The translations under genes were made by a program, and so were the position numbers. A stretch of 64,000 nt of DNA from Podarcis cretensis (lineage: Eukaryota): contig OX638154.1 of assembly GCA_951804945.1 (NCBI GenBank), forward strand, positions 39,990,001 through 40,054,000, read 5' to 3'. The notes under the pieces are model-generated. The model did not search any database and had not been told where the DNA came from. It was given only the letters and a program-made list of their open reading frames with translations. This document shows, piece by piece, positions 12,983-26,281 of the stretch. The first letter of the stretch is position 1, and each line of letters starts with the position of its first letter.

Positions 12983-13997
12983 TCAATGTTTGGGAGAGAA
13001 GGGGAGCTTCACCAGTTAAGTTTCAGTAACCCTAACACACCTTGCTTCCCTGGGTAAGGGAGGGCAAAGTGGTGTCCCGAAGAGCATTGGGGTGGTGGTG
13101 GAGGTGCCTTTCTAGGAACGTGTGCCCCTGAGCTGCAGTAGCACTGTCTTCCTCATGTCTGAATGTGAGTTAATAGTGTTAAATAGTTTCTCTTTGGAGC
13201 AAGTTGGTGGGGGTGCAGACACTATAAATACATCTCTGGATAAGTGCAAGAAGTGTAGGGTCTGCTGGTTCCCTGGAAGTGACTCTCATCTAGGGTGGGA
13301 GGTTGCTCAGGGGCATATGGTGGCAGCTTATGAGATCACTTTGAGAGACCTTGACTGGCTGTTGTGAACAGAAGGGAGGCAGAGAGTAAAACCAGGATCT
13401 TTGCCACCACCCCTTCTGTTGCACTCTATAATATATAATTTAAGCAAGTCTAGTTGTGTTGCATATAGAATTTCTATGATACAAATGTTTCTGGCTTAAA
13501 CTGACTTGTCTCCCAACTGTGGCTGATATGGTTCCTCACTCACATTCTAGAGATAATTAGTTCAATAAAAATCATAGCCTTATCTATTCTCCTCACATGG
13601 TATCAACCCTATGGAAAAAAAATGTAATTGAAAGCTTTAAGTTAATGTAAATTAACTTAACGTAAATTAATGTAAATTAATGCATTAACTTAATGTAAAT
13701 TGAGTTATTAGTATAAATCAGTTTCAAAGAGGCTTGTGGGTGTATTTTGCCATTTAAAAGGAATCATAGCTGGGGACAAGGCATAACTCGCTCAGTTGTA
13801 AAGCACGTTCTTTGCTTTCAGAATGCCCCAGGTTATATCTTTGGCATTTAAACTCCAAAGGCAGTGCTGGAGTTTTGTAAAAGTTTGCAAAGGATAGTTG
13901 GGTGTTTCTATTTCCTTCTTTTAATTGAAAAGGGAAAATTACAAACTAAACATCCCTCCTCCTTCTTCTCCCCCTTTTCCCCTACCTAAAAGGATAG

Positions 13998-14357
13998 GTA
14001 AAGGTAAAGGTACCCCTGCCCATACGGGCCAGTCTTGACAGACTCTGGGGTTGTGCGCCCATCTCACTTAAGAGGCCAGGGGCCAGCGCTGTCCGGAGAT
14101 ACTTCCGGGTCACGTGGCCAGCGTGACATCGCTGCTCTGGCGAGCCAGAGCCGCACACGGAAACGGCGTTTACCTTCCCGCTGGTAAGCGGTCCCTATTT
14201 ATCTACTTGCACCCGGAGGTGCTTTCGAACTGCTAGGTTGGCAGGCGCTGGGACCGAGCAGCGGGAGCGCACCCCGCCACAGGGATTCGAACCGCCGACC
14301 TTTCGATCGGCAAGTCCTAGGCGCTGAGGCTTTAACCCACAGCGCCACCTGCGTCCC
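13998..14357 (-). mobile_element. Sauria SINE, full-length young copy
   Basis: On the minus strand it runs from the GGGACGC head with B-box GGTTCGAATCC to an (ACCTTT)n tail. TSD taaaaggatag at 13987-13997 and 14358-14368. Confidence 0.95.
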
Positions 14358-16310
14358 TAAAAGGATAGCTCACATCTAAACAATAATAGTAAAATGCCCA
14401 TAAGCACTGTGGAAAGAGGTCAAAAGTTGCTGAGGTCAATACAAAGGAAGATATTAACACAACCATATATTACACAATGTGACAAGTACAATTCAACTTG
14501 TAGGGTTTTTGTTCATGTGCTGGATAGAGAGGCATTTCTAATGCAAATACGAGAACTTGTGCTCCTTTCCCACTCCCCTCCATTAAAATGCTTCCTTCTG
14601 ATCCTAGCACAGAACTTCACTTGCTTTCTGATACAATGTCTATAATTAAGGGGGCTTATTGCCCTTGCTAACCTTTTAAAGAGAGAGAAACCCAGTAGAC
14701 TCATCACCTTCCACCGCCGGGTATATCTCAACAGATCAAGTGAATGCTTGTCCCTGGAATCCAGAGACAGTTCTCAGCAACTGCTAGCTATTTAATGTTT
14801 AAATAGTCGCATGTCAAGATAGTTGTGTGGCAGCCGCTAACCTTATGGCTTTTGAAGTGTGATTTGAAAAGCAGCCACAATCTGTTGTTTTGTCGTCCCC
14901 AGGACTTGACTTTAGATACAGCTCCACTTGGCTCATAAATCAAGCACAAGTCAACTCCCGGTTGTGCGTTTGAGACATCTCCACCATCCTCTAGATGTTG
15001 TAAAAAAGGCTGTTGAAAAATTATTGAACTGATTTGATTGTGCTTGCTGCTTTATCACCTGCCAAGTGGCAGCACAATACGCGGGAGAGAGAAAGGTCAT
15101 AGCCAGTTACCCAAGCTTTATCCACTCTACCTCAGCCTCCAGCCATCTGGCTAGTGGTCTGGCTTTCTCTGACTAATCTGCAGCCCCAGACCTTTATGAT
15201 TCAGAGGCAACAAAGGGAATCTCCCGCCACCGAGTACCACCCCCACCACCCCCGGCAAACTAGTAGAAAAGTTGTGGTCGTGGATGGAAGCCGCCTTCTA
15301 CAAGCTTTACAACTGTGTCATTTTCTGCCAGACGTGTGAGATAAGGAGTGGGGAGGCAACTTTGCAAGGATGGCTCTGAGGCTGAGAGACCACAAACCAG
15401 CCAAGGGGCAGACTCATGTTACATTGGCATTCCATGGTGGTTTTGGGGGGCAGGAATGATTTCCCAGCAGCTGAATAAAAGGTGGAATAATGGCAAAGGA
15501 ACAAAAAAACCCAACAACCCTCAAAAACCTCACCCTTCTGAAACAACCCACCCTTGCAGCAACCACAATGTGTAAACTTGATATCCCAGCTGGAGTTCAT
15601 TAGCAATTCAATTCCTCCATAGTGTGTTTAGCTTAGCATGGCACTTGTGGCTAGAGAAGAAAGAGGTGAAATTTATCAATTTTTCGTTTGGGCTGTGGAG
15701 AGAATGACTCGCTTGTAAGCTTCCTCTACTGTCTGCTCCTGAAATACCCCAGTCTGCTGGGAAGCAGCTTGCTCTGGACCATTTTGCATTTGTTCTCTCC
15801 TTGCGTTTTCCCTTTTTCTTTTGGCAAGTGCAGGCAAAGGCAAAGTCTGTCCTCTATACATTTGTCAAATTACACTAAACTACGAAGGTTTACAATTCCA
15901 AGGAAATGTAAATGGTTGTGCATCAAAGGTGTCATGTATCCTCAGACAGAGGGGGATCTCTTGGTGGCTACCTATACAGTTACAAAATCCCACTACCCTA
16001 CTTGGAAACTCTTTGACTGAGTATCTTTCAGAAGTTATTTAAGAACCAGCTGCTTGGGCTGGCTTTTAGAAATTAGGAATAAGCCAGTTTTTTTGGGGGG
16101 GGGGCTTAATGTTTTATTGTATATTTAGGAGAGTTTATATGATTTTTTTTGTTCTAGGAATAGGATCCTATCTTGTCATGTCATAAATTTCACTGAATAC
16201 ATTCCCAGCCTGAAAAAATCTGCAGTGAGATTTAATGAAAACCATGCAATTTGTTTGGATAGAGCTTTTAATGCCTTCTGTCGCTGTTTGGTATGAACCC
16301 AGCTGATTGA

Positions 16311-16532
16311 GGGCTCATCCACATTTCCACTTGTCCCATGCCTAAAATGCACAGGTCCAAGCAGTTTTCCACTTGCCCCTCTCCTTTTCCAGGGAAAATC
16401 TACTCTTTAGCTCTAAATCATAGCAAACATCAATCCATAGAAAACCCAAATTGCTGTTTGCTTCAATTGAGCACTAAAGAGCAGTTTTCTGGGTTGGAAA
16501 GCAGTGGGATAAGAGGAAGCATGGATAAGCCC
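16311..16532. mobile_element. MITE with GGGCTCATCCAC-type TIRs (PIF/Harbinger-like)
   Basis: gggctcatccacatttcc ... ggaagcatggataagccc; homologous to 32125-32508. Confidence 0.6.
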
Positions 16533-16598
16533 ACACTTCCACATGCCCTATGGGTTTTCCACTTTTCCTGAGCTTTCTATGTGAATGTGCAATAAAGG

Positions 16599-16718
16599 CA
16601 GGGCTTTTTTTCAGCCAGAACTCAGTTCTGGCACCTCTTAGGTGGGCGCCATTGCCATTCTAAGTGAATGAGGGAGGTGTTCCATGGTGAGTTCTAGCAC
16701 CTCTTTTTCTAAAAAAAG
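16599..16718. mobile_element. Short hAT-like MITE (cagggctttttt... family)
   Basis: cagggcttttttt..gaactcagttctggcacct ... gagttctagcacctctttttctaaaaaaa; a similar end occurs at ~35246-35295. Confidence 0.5.
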
Positions 16719-18924
16719 TTTTAGTGTGTACACAACCTATGTTAACATTGTTCGTGTTTCAGGGAGCCTCCAGACAGCCAAATGGATCGTTCAGCTAGCT
16801 AGTTTGCAACAGTATTCTTCTTCTTAGTTATTGGAGTTTGTAATTCCGGATTAAAATGGGGGGAGAACATGGGCTGGCATTTTGATGCAGCTAACATGTA
16901 GATGCTGTGAAATACTTGCATGCATGAGGAGCCCTGATCTCACCATTTATACGCATCTGGCAACATTTGCAGAAAAAAACTACGCCCCCCCCTTCCCTCC
17001 TGCCTCCATGGCTCTTTCTGCTCTCCCATCTAGGAACATAGGCAGCTGGGGCCTGGATATATTGTGTCACTCATGAAAAGTTCAAACTGCTCTGGCATTA
17101 TAGACCAGGGGAATTATGTACTTGGGACTGGTTGCCCTTAACCAGCCATGTTTTCAGATATATGACAGTTTATAACTTCATTCCACCCCCTGCCCCACCA
17201 TCATTCTAGCATATACGAGGAGCCGTTTTTAATGAGGTTTGATCCACTCTGTTGTATTTTTATACTGAGTTTTGATGTGCTGCTTTTTTGTTTCATGATT
17301 TTTATATTGACTTTTGATTCTGTATGCTGTCCTTGCAGAGGGTTTTGTGTATATTCGCCCTTCTCTTTGTTGTCTTCTCCACTGTCTGTTTTCAATTGCA
17401 GACTCCTCTCTAAAGCATAATGTACACTGATAGAATATTAGTAATGGTAAACATTAGCCAGTTGCATTAAATATGGACCTTGCTCTGACACTATCAGCTG
17501 ATGCTGACAACAGCAGCAGGATAAACTAAACAGATGAACCCAGGCTCAGGCTACCCTTTTGTGTCTTGCAGGCATGCACAGCTTAGTTTTTGCCTGAAGA
17601 CTGCAGATCAGGGAAACTGACACACTCCAATGTTATCCAAGCTTCAACATCTTACACCTGGGACAGCTTGCCTTACAAGCTGATCTGTCCAAACTCCTCT
17701 GGGACAGCATGTTTGAGTTTATTTCTGATGCATTGATGGCATGGGAGGAGTTGTTACATATTTGTTGTTGCAGGCTAATGCCCTATTATTGAAGTTCTGT
17801 CATCAAGCCAGAAAGCTCCAGTTGCAATCAATGCCTTGTTCCTGATGCCTCCCTTGTGTGGGAAAACTGAACTCTGAGGCAGGGGATTGGTTTACCTTGT
17901 TCAGTGCAATGATGGGTGTCAGCTGGTACATCACATAGGATTTCACTGTAAGAGGAACTTTTGTGTAAAAAAAAAGGAGTGCATTCTTTTCCTATAACTG
18001 ATTGTTACAGGGTTTAGTACAATGAATGTTTCTGACTGCAGTTTCTGCAGACTTCAATATGGTAAGGAGGAAGAAAATGTTTGTCAATGAGAATTTTAGG
18101 CCCATAAGCTCACACATGTACCTATCAAAGCAAGAAGATTTATTTTCCTCTACTTGTATGATTAACCTAACAGCCTGCTTTTCAGAAGGGGTCATCCATC
18201 AGAATTAAGAGACAGTACTTTGAAAATGAATCTGGTTAGGGTCTTTTGTATTTGAAAGAATACACCACTGGGGTTAACTTGCACAAACTTAGAGCGACAC
18301 AATTTGGCTGTTAATGAAAGGGATGGGGTTCCTACATCAGAAGAACCTTTATCTTTTGTAGGAAATCCAATATAGCCATGACTTGAAGATGGCCTACTGC
18401 ACTATGGGGAATTGTGCTAAAGAGCTATGAAAAGTTTGTCTTGTGGGAAGACTTGGGAGCTAATTGAATGCCATAGGGTTAAGAAAATGCATTTCCCCCC
18501 AGGCACCCAAGGGATGAGCCATGAGGAGAGAACATTTATTTCTGTGTGCATTTTGCATGACTCACTTATTAACACCTTCTTTGTGTTCATGTAATATTCC
18601 TTCTGGAAGATGTATACTCCAGTCCAAGAAACTCCAGTCCATTTTCTCCCAGGCTCATTTCAAATCTTCAGTTTCAGACATCTGAAATGGGTCTCAAAAG
18701 AATAAAAATCGGTTGATCCTTTCCAGAATCTGAGCCCTTTGACAAGCCTGATGACTGCATCATTAGACACACAAAGACACCCAGTGGCCACCTCATCTAC
18801 TACACCCCTTCCAACCTGCATATTAGGTTCAATGTCCTTCTACTGCCCCCACCAGTTTAATTGGTAGAGATGGTGGTCCACAAGAAGGTGCCTTCAGTCT
18901 TTTGGGTTATTATCTACATTGACA

Positions 18925-19032
18925 GGGTTTCAGGCAGGAGTTTCTCCCAGTCACACTTGGAGATGCTGATGATTGAACCTCAGACCTTTTCCCATTCAAA
19001 ACAGATGCTCTGTCACTAAGCTATGGCCCTTT
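18925..19032 (-). mobile_element. tRNA-derived SINE (Squam3-like)
   Basis: The reverse complement reads gggccatagcttagtgacagagcatctg...ggttcaatc..cagcatctcca...ctgggagaaactcctgcctgaaaccctg. Confidence 0.65.
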
Positions 19033-19294
19033 CCTGAACCAAGATCATGAAGCCTTGGATCAGGCTGTGAGCAGAGTTCTCTAGCTCCCATCAGATGTTC
19101 AACAAATAGTCACAAATAGTCGCAAATAGTGTGAAATAGAAGAGGTAGAAGGGAAAGCCTGATCTGCAGGGCCAAGGGGCCAGGGGATCTACACTTGGAC
19201 TGCTCAAAAAGACTGATCCTTAGCCTTTTTTAAAAAAAATGAATGTTTGGACATTCAGCAGATGTCCTCTTCATTATAACATACCTAAGGATCA

Positions 19295-19296
19295 TT

Positions 19297-19341
<45 letters not shown>
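19295..19341 (+). repeat. (TTTC)n microsatellite
   Basis: Direct reading. Confidence 0.95.
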
Positions 19342-20063
19342 ACTAAGGACCCATCTATCAAGGAGATCCTCAAACTTATATTTGTGGCATCTTAAAATCT
19401 ACACAATGCAAAAAGAGTTGCTTAAGAATGTTGTGAATGGATGACCCTGCTCAGAGCAGGGTTTGGCAAAATGACATAAAGTCCATTCCAGTTCAATAAT
19501 TCTATGATTGTGTGAATTATGGGTTCCCAAGAATCAATTATGGCAGATGGAGCTGATTATAGTATTTTGTTTTCTTCTGTCCCTGCAGAAGTTTGAATTA
19601 ATGCATGTTTAAATAGAATGCTCCCAGATGCAATTTTTCTCTACCAATTCCCCAAGTATATTGAGTGTTAAACTGATGAAACAAATGGTTAGAAGCAGGG
19701 CCAGCTCTACCATTAGCTGGAGTGAGATGACGCACTCAGGCAATAGATGCTGGGGTGAGGGTAATAGTGGCAATTCATCTTCATTACCCCCCCCCCAGCC
19801 ATTCCCCTTTGTTGGTGTGGCAGAACTGTACCACATGACTGGTCATGTCCCCATAACTAGTTTGTGGCCTTTTCCATGTTAAGAGGTTACAATCCCATTG
19901 CCAGTGTTAAAATAAGATACAACTGCCAGTTGAAAGGGCTTTTATACATGAAAGAGGGAAGGAGTGTCTCCCTGCCCTTAGGTATTCAAGAAATGTATCC
20001 AATTCAAGTCCTACTCAGAATAAACTCACTGAAATTAATGAACATAACTAACACCAAATCTTA

Positions 20064-20411
20064 AAAGGTAAAGGGACCCCTGACCACTAGGTCCCGTCAT
20101 GACCAACTCTGGGGTTGCGGCGCTCATCTCGCTTTATTGGCCGAGGGAGCCAGCGTACAGCTTCCGGGTCATGTGGCCAGCATGACTAAGCCACTTCTGG
20201 CGAACCAAAGCAGCACACAGGTACTGCTCTGGCAGGAAGGTAAATGGCGTTTCCATTTATCTACTTGCACTTTGTGCTTTCGAACTGCTAGGTTGGCAGG
20301 AGCAGGGACTGAGAAACGGGAGCTCACCCCGTCGCTGGGATTCGAACCGCTGACCTTCTGATCGGCAAGTCCTAGGCTCTGTGGTTTAACCCACAGCGCC
20401 ACCCGCGTCCC
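20064..20411 (-). mobile_element. Sauria SINE, different (older) subfamily
   Basis: Same head and tail as the young copies but a different central region. TSD acaccaaatctta (20051-20063) / acatcaaatctta (20414-20426). Confidence 0.9.
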
Positions 20412-21485
20412 TTACATCAAATCTTAGCTGGATACAATTCCAAATGTTCTGGGTCTGGCCCTCTTTAGAAGACTCATAATTTTTTTCTGAAGTAGCCAAT
20501 GTGTATGTGATTTTGACCTTTAAAATGTGTCCCATCTACATTTTCATTTGCACCCTTTTCAACTTGGAAGAACACACGAGAATTTTTGAATGCCAGTATG
20601 ATGTTGTGATTGCATTTTCTCTTTTCTCAGCTGACACTCCCTCCCCCCCCCCAGCAAAGCCTGCCTGTTTTAAAAACCAGGGTTCCAAAATTCACAGCTG
20701 GGCTTCCAATTAAAGTGGCTAAATTCTCCAAAGTGTGGAGCATCTGTCACTCTTACCATCTGAAATCAGTCAGAGATGCCTCAGCTTTGAAGCTCTGGGA
20801 AGCCAGCCACTTTTATTCACAGGCCTAAATGTAGTTTCTGGAGCCCAGCTTTAGGCAGACATGTTTTCAGGGTGGGGAGGGAATTGGCCTGAGAAAACTG
20901 ATGTTGTTCTCTCCTGATGTGTGTGTGTGTTGGTTTGCAAAGTTAGAAGTGCAGATGGGGGGAAAGTTGCCCAAACTGGCAACTGCTACTACTGGTACTT
21001 GGTCTGCCAGTTTTCTTGCTACCCCAACAGGGATGCGGTAGCAGCCTTTTTGTCTGGATGAGACGAGCCATGCAGTATTTTGAGAGATGTCAGGCCTATT
21101 ACACTCAGGAAATCATTTGGTGTTGTCTAGGAAAACAAATCTACAAGGATAGTAGGGAGGGGAGGGGAAGAGAATTGGTGGTGGGCTGTTTCTTTGTGAA
21201 AACCACTGAACCACACACTTGTATTTTCCTAGCCAAATAGACCTGAAAGACTATTAAAACAGTGTTTTTCTGCTTGACGTTGGCAATGAGGGAGCTAATT
21301 ACGCTGGATTAGAGTTTTCTGTTTAATTACATGAAAAATGTAGTGCAGTTAATAGTCTAGAGGATGTAAGGAGGCTAAAGGAACATCCTTGTGTTTATCC
21401 ACTGGTGGGTCAGGTAAGATTATGAAATGTGAAGAATAGAACTTTTGCCTGTTTAAGAGTCATGAAAAAGAGAGGGGTTTTTATA

Positions 21486-21650
21486 GCCCTCTTCTGAAGG
21501 CACACGAGGCTGGCAGCTTGCTGAAGCTAAGCAGGTCTGGGTCTGGTCAGTGCCTGGATGAGGGGCCGCCCTGAGAAACAAGCATACACCATCTTGAGTT
21601 CCATGGTGGAAGAAACGCAGGATATAAATGTAAGAAAGCAAATAAACAAA
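21486..21650 (+). mobile_element. 5S rRNA-derived SINE with an L2-like tail
   Basis: 21523-21579 GAAGCTAAGCAGGTCTGGGTCTGGTCAGTGCCTGGATGAGGGGCCGCC aligns to the 5S internal control region (GAAGCTAAGCAGGGTCGGGCCTGGTTAGTACTTGGATGGGAGACCGCC). The 3' end is gcaggatataaatgtaa plus an A-rich tail. Confidence 0.7.
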
Positions 21651-23002
21651 CCTGATACTTGTTATTTAAGGGTGAGAGAAACTGCACCTTCAGCTATTGC
21701 TCTTAATAGTACAGGAGCATTGCCCTCCTCTGCATCTGGTCATTTCAAAAAGATGTGAGGGGGGAGCTTTCTGCAGGATCAGAACCACAACTACTAAGGA
21801 CAGGCAAAAAGAATGAAGGACACGTCTGGCTTGATATATACTATTATTATCATTTCATTATTATTTATTAAATTTCCATACCACCCTTCATCCAAAGATC
21901 CACAGGGTGGTTCGCAAAATATGCTAAGGAAGTTCAAGAGAGAGAGGAAAAAGTTAGAAGAAACCACAGCTGAAGAGAGGGGTTCAGAAATGCCAGGTAC
22001 AATGAATTTGATTTCTGGGACAGGTGATTTTTCAGTTGAGTCTTCAGCAATCTTTCCCAACTAGGTGCCCTCTAAATGTTTTGGACTACAACCCACATCA
22101 GCCCCAGGCAGTACAGCCAGAGTAGGCTTGTCTATGGCATATTTTAATATCCATACAATTTGAGATGGTCGGAATGGCATTTACCAAAGCAGGCACCTGC
22201 CTCCGTTTTCTCACAGAGAAGATCCTGCGGAGTTTTTACTGTTTCCTTCATGGAACTGTGAGGAACTCCCAAAAGCTTGCTGTAATTCCTAGTGCTGATG
22301 ACTGCACCATCTAAAGCTTGGCACTCCGGGTCACTGCCCTGGAGGTCATGAGCAGAAAAGCCATCAGGTTTAATCATATTATCCTGCCTGAGCAGGCTTT
22401 GAACCTGACCTCCTGACACTGGACATCTGAAACCTGGACCACAGGAGCCCAACCTAATTGCTTTTCTCCTCTAGCCTCCTGTGTTAGTACTGCTTGCCTA
22501 TTGTTATCCTGACCCAGTTCTGTCCTTTGGCTGCATTACTTACACTGGCTTCCTTCAAGGAAGAATATAAGGGATGCAAGCTGTATAAGCTCAGCCCAGC
22601 AGCTCCTGAGAACTGCATATTCAGAAAATCCTGCGCAGGATTCTCTCTAGCACTGTACTGCATCATTAGAACCAACTGCTCATTTTGTTTTCATGGATGA
22701 GAGAAGACTTGGCCCTGTTTCCACTTAAGGACAGTCTCAATGTGATGGTGAAGACAAGTAGAAGATGAGAGCTGTCCAGCCTCGCCCCCAAGTGTGTTGT
22801 GCTCTTCTCTGCACAGAACTCTGTGCCGAGTTTCTTGTTAATTTGCTACAGTCGCATGATTCTCAACAAGGGAGACAGATTACCTTAAGAGGCACAAACA
22901 ATTGTTTGGGAATTCAAAGATTCTAGCAGTTCTTAAGTTTGCCTCGGGATTCTAAGTGTTGAATCACTACCTCATCTCCTTCCTAACAGTACACATGAAG
23001 CA

Positions 23003-23104
23003 TCTGTGTTCTAAACAACTGAGCCTCTTGGGCTTGCCAATCAGAAGGTCCCCAGTTTGAATCTGCATGACAGTGGTGAGCTTCAATTGTTCCGTCCCGG
23101 CTTC
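23003..23104 (+). mobile_element. Degenerate Sauria SINE 5' fragment
   Basis: ctgagcctcttgggcttgccaatcagaaggtc...gtttgaatc...ggtgagc matches the head of the 48106 copy. Confidence 0.6.
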
Positions 23105-23532
23105 CTGGCTTTCTGTTCTTTTCCACTGAACTGCTTTATGTCATTCTCCAGGAGCAGGCATCTACCAGGCTAAAAATCCAGCCCAGCTGCTTATTGCCAT
23201 TTTGCACTTTGGAACTTAATCTGGAACCCATAAGGCTTCCATCTGGGAATACACATCTCCTCTCCCTATGATCTAGGAATCTAGGACTCCATCCAGAGAT
23301 GGGAGCAGTGGGCAAAGACGGCAGGCAGCTGGATTAGTTTCCTTAATTCACATATGTTTCCAAATCCTCTGCAATGCTGAATTGCAACACTCTTATGGGA
23401 ATCTGTTTCTGCTTCCTTGGGGTCCCAGATCCTTCTGGATGAACAAACTTTCTGATAAGTTCTAACCTTCAATGAATATGCTTCAGAGACATATACTTGT
23501 GTGGCAGAAAGATGAAAGTGTCTGTACTTGTA

Positions 23533-23774
23533 CAGTGGTACCTCGGGTTAATAACTTATTTCATTCTGGAGGTACGTACTTAACCTGAAACTGTTCTTAA
23601 CCTGAGGTACCACTTTAGCTAATGGGGCCTCCCGCTGCCGCTGCGCCGCCACCGCATGATTTCTGTTCTCATCCTGAAGCAAAGTTCTTAACCCAAGGTA
23701 CTATTTCTGGATTAACAGAGTGTGTAACCTGAAGCATCCGTAACCTGAAGCGTCTGTAACCCAAGGTACCACTG
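23533..23774. mobile_element. Tigger/pogo-like MITE, same family as 1325-1550 in opposite orientation
   Basis: TA|CAGTGGTACCTCGGGTTA ... TAACCCAAGGTACCACTG|TA. Confidence 0.9.
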
Positions 23775-25702
23775 TATATTAATATTGTAAACCAGAATGG
23801 ATGCAATACAGTTGAGCTTTCCAGACCCTCCTGCACTTTGTTCCTGAATATGTGTAGGAGCAACTCTCACCTCTTCTCTCCCTTCCTTTTGCATCAAATA
23901 TAAGCTTTCCTGTTGCCAATTCTGAATCAATATCTCAGTAGCTGCACTGCCTAAGTATACTAGTGGGACTTGTAACATGCAGCCTTCTTTCCCTGTGTAA
24001 GTTTTCTACTAATTGCCAATTGTTATATGCAAACTTCAAAAGATAGTTCCTTACCCGCATGGGTTTGCGACATCATCTACTTCAAAGAGTTCATTTCTTT
24101 GATAAGGGAGGGATTTTCTGTGACTTGGGTTTCAGCTCCTAGCCTGACTGACCAATTTCCAAAGAGGCATACTGCTGACAGCCTCCACCCAGCTGAGACA
24201 CAGGCAGAAAACATTATTGGTTGGAAGAATGATCTAAGTAAATAATTATGTTTGGCTTTTTACACATAAGCTAAATGTATGCAATTAACAAAATGCTATT
24301 TTATGTGATTATAAACCAAAAAATGGCCAAATGTCTGAATTTGTTCCTTTTTTCAAGGCTCTTGCCAGCTACAACATCTCAGTCACAGCAAGTTTGAATC
24401 CCTTTACGTGTTGCTATAAACTATAGGGTAGGGGAGACACATGATTTTCCAGAAAACCATGTGCATGAAGACAGAAACCTGTGTATGGTCTTAGGCAAGG
24501 CAAACTTCTCCCTGTGGATCCCACAGGGTACAAAGTAACTGGAAGTTTCCAGAGTTAGGCTTCAGTGTGAAAGCTGCTTGGCATAATATCATTTGCAAGA
24601 TGATGGCATACATTCCAACTGGTACCTGTCCCAATAAATCACTCTCCCTGTTTGGCCCCTACTTTGCTTTGGGGAGATGCCTAATTAAAATGTTCTTTAC
24701 GTTTCTAACTGCCTGTCCAGAGGATACATGTTGCAGCTTGTTTATAACAAGATTAAACATTCCAGAAAATGTTCTTAAGTGCTTAAGGAAAGCAATGAGC
24801 ATTTTACCAACACAAAATCAGGTTCAGTTTGCCAAAGCATCCTGAGCTAACAAACAGATATCAAACAGGCAAGGCTTGGAGAGACCATTGCCTTCACCCC
24901 TGGAGAACCATTGTCCATTCAAGCAGACTTCAACTAATAGCTGGCTCTTGTATAAGCCAGCTTCATATGTGAATGTTAAAAGTCACCCTGGCATGAAGCA
25001 AGAAGCATATGGGACTGCCTAGAGCAGTGTTGAGACCTGTGGCAGATTTCATTATTTATCCAAAATGACTGCAGGTTCAAACAATTGAGTCCCACCAGTT
25101 CCCCTTGCCAGCCTCTGGGGCACAAATGCTTTCATCCATTGAACCTGTTATAAAGATTGGTCCTCAGCTACTACTTATACATCCCAGGTTTGTTCATGAT
25201 GCTCAGTTTCACAGCACATCACTAATCCATGCAGTTACAAACTTGCTGGATTGCTATCTCTTTGCTCCTCTTCCAGTTCTGCTGCTGTGAATTATGTCAT
25301 GGCTTGGCTTAGTGTGTCATCTGAACCTGAGCTTGTGGTAAACCAAGAAGATACTCTTTTTTATATACCATAGTTTGTCTGAAATGAGACAAACCACAAG
25401 CCCAGGTACAGCGTACATAGCTCACAGCAAGGAAGCAGCATTAGAACCAGAGAAGGAGCAAAACAGCCATGATCTCCTTGCTGCCAACCTGCATGTTCGT
25501 GTGTTTTTTTCTAAGCCATGGTTTGGCTTAGTGGTAGAAGTGAATCAACTCACTGACTCACACTTCTACTGCTATGACCTGTCCCCAGTTGAGACCTGAG
25601 GTATGCCATGACACCTAAGCCAATGTATTTACAGGCCATTTAAAAAAAAAGGTATCCAGAATGGCATTTCTGAGCATGAGCCTCAGTTACAATATGATAA
25701 AT

Positions 25703-25895
25703 AACAAAGAGTCTTGAGGCACCTTAAAGACTAACACGTTTATGATAGCATAAGCTTTTGTGGACTGGAGATTTCTTCAGCAGTTGCATCTCAGGATGAA
25801 AGCTTTCGCTATAATACATTTATCAATGATTAAGATGCTAGAAGACTCTGTTGGGTTTGTTGCAGCAGACCAGCATGGCTACGCCTCTGGAAATT
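25703..25895. mobile_element. Penelope-like element terminal repeat (inverted pLTR fragment)
   Basis: gagtcttgaggcaccttaaagactaac...tagcataagcttt is followed by its degenerate inverse aagcttt.gctataat...taagatgctagaagactc...catggctacgcctctg. Confidence 0.65.
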
Positions 25896-26059
25896 GAAAG
25901 GGGCAGGTCCAGTCTTTGCAAATTGTAGGCAAAAACACACACGCATGCACACATGCACACATACTTATTTTAAAAGATAGAACATATTCCTAACATGGAA
26001 CAGCCAGTAATCTTCTGCACTGTAAATGGCAGGTTTCCATCAACAGCTAGTGTATTATT

Positions 26060-26281
26060 ATTAGGTTATTTTTATTAATACCCTGTCCATCTGGCTGGGT
26101 TTCCCCAGCCACTCTGGGCAACTTAGAGCATATCTAAAAACAAAATAGAAACATCAAGCATTAAAAACCTCCGAATACAGTCCCTTAGGGCTGCCTTCAG
26201 ATGTCTTCTAAAAGTTGTGTAATTCTTTATCTCCTTGACATCTGAAGGGAGGGCGTTCCACAGGGAGGGCGCCACTACTGG
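26060..26281 (-). mobile_element. L2 LINE 3' end
   Basis: The minus strand encodes VVAPSLWNALPSDVKEIKNYTTFRRHLKAA, followed by the 3' UTR gcccagagtggctggggaaacccagccagatgg. Confidence 0.8.

Noticed and set aside
21523-21579. Possible 5S rRNA gene
   Set aside because: It is partial and diverged, with a LINE-type tail, so it is a SINE-like derivative.
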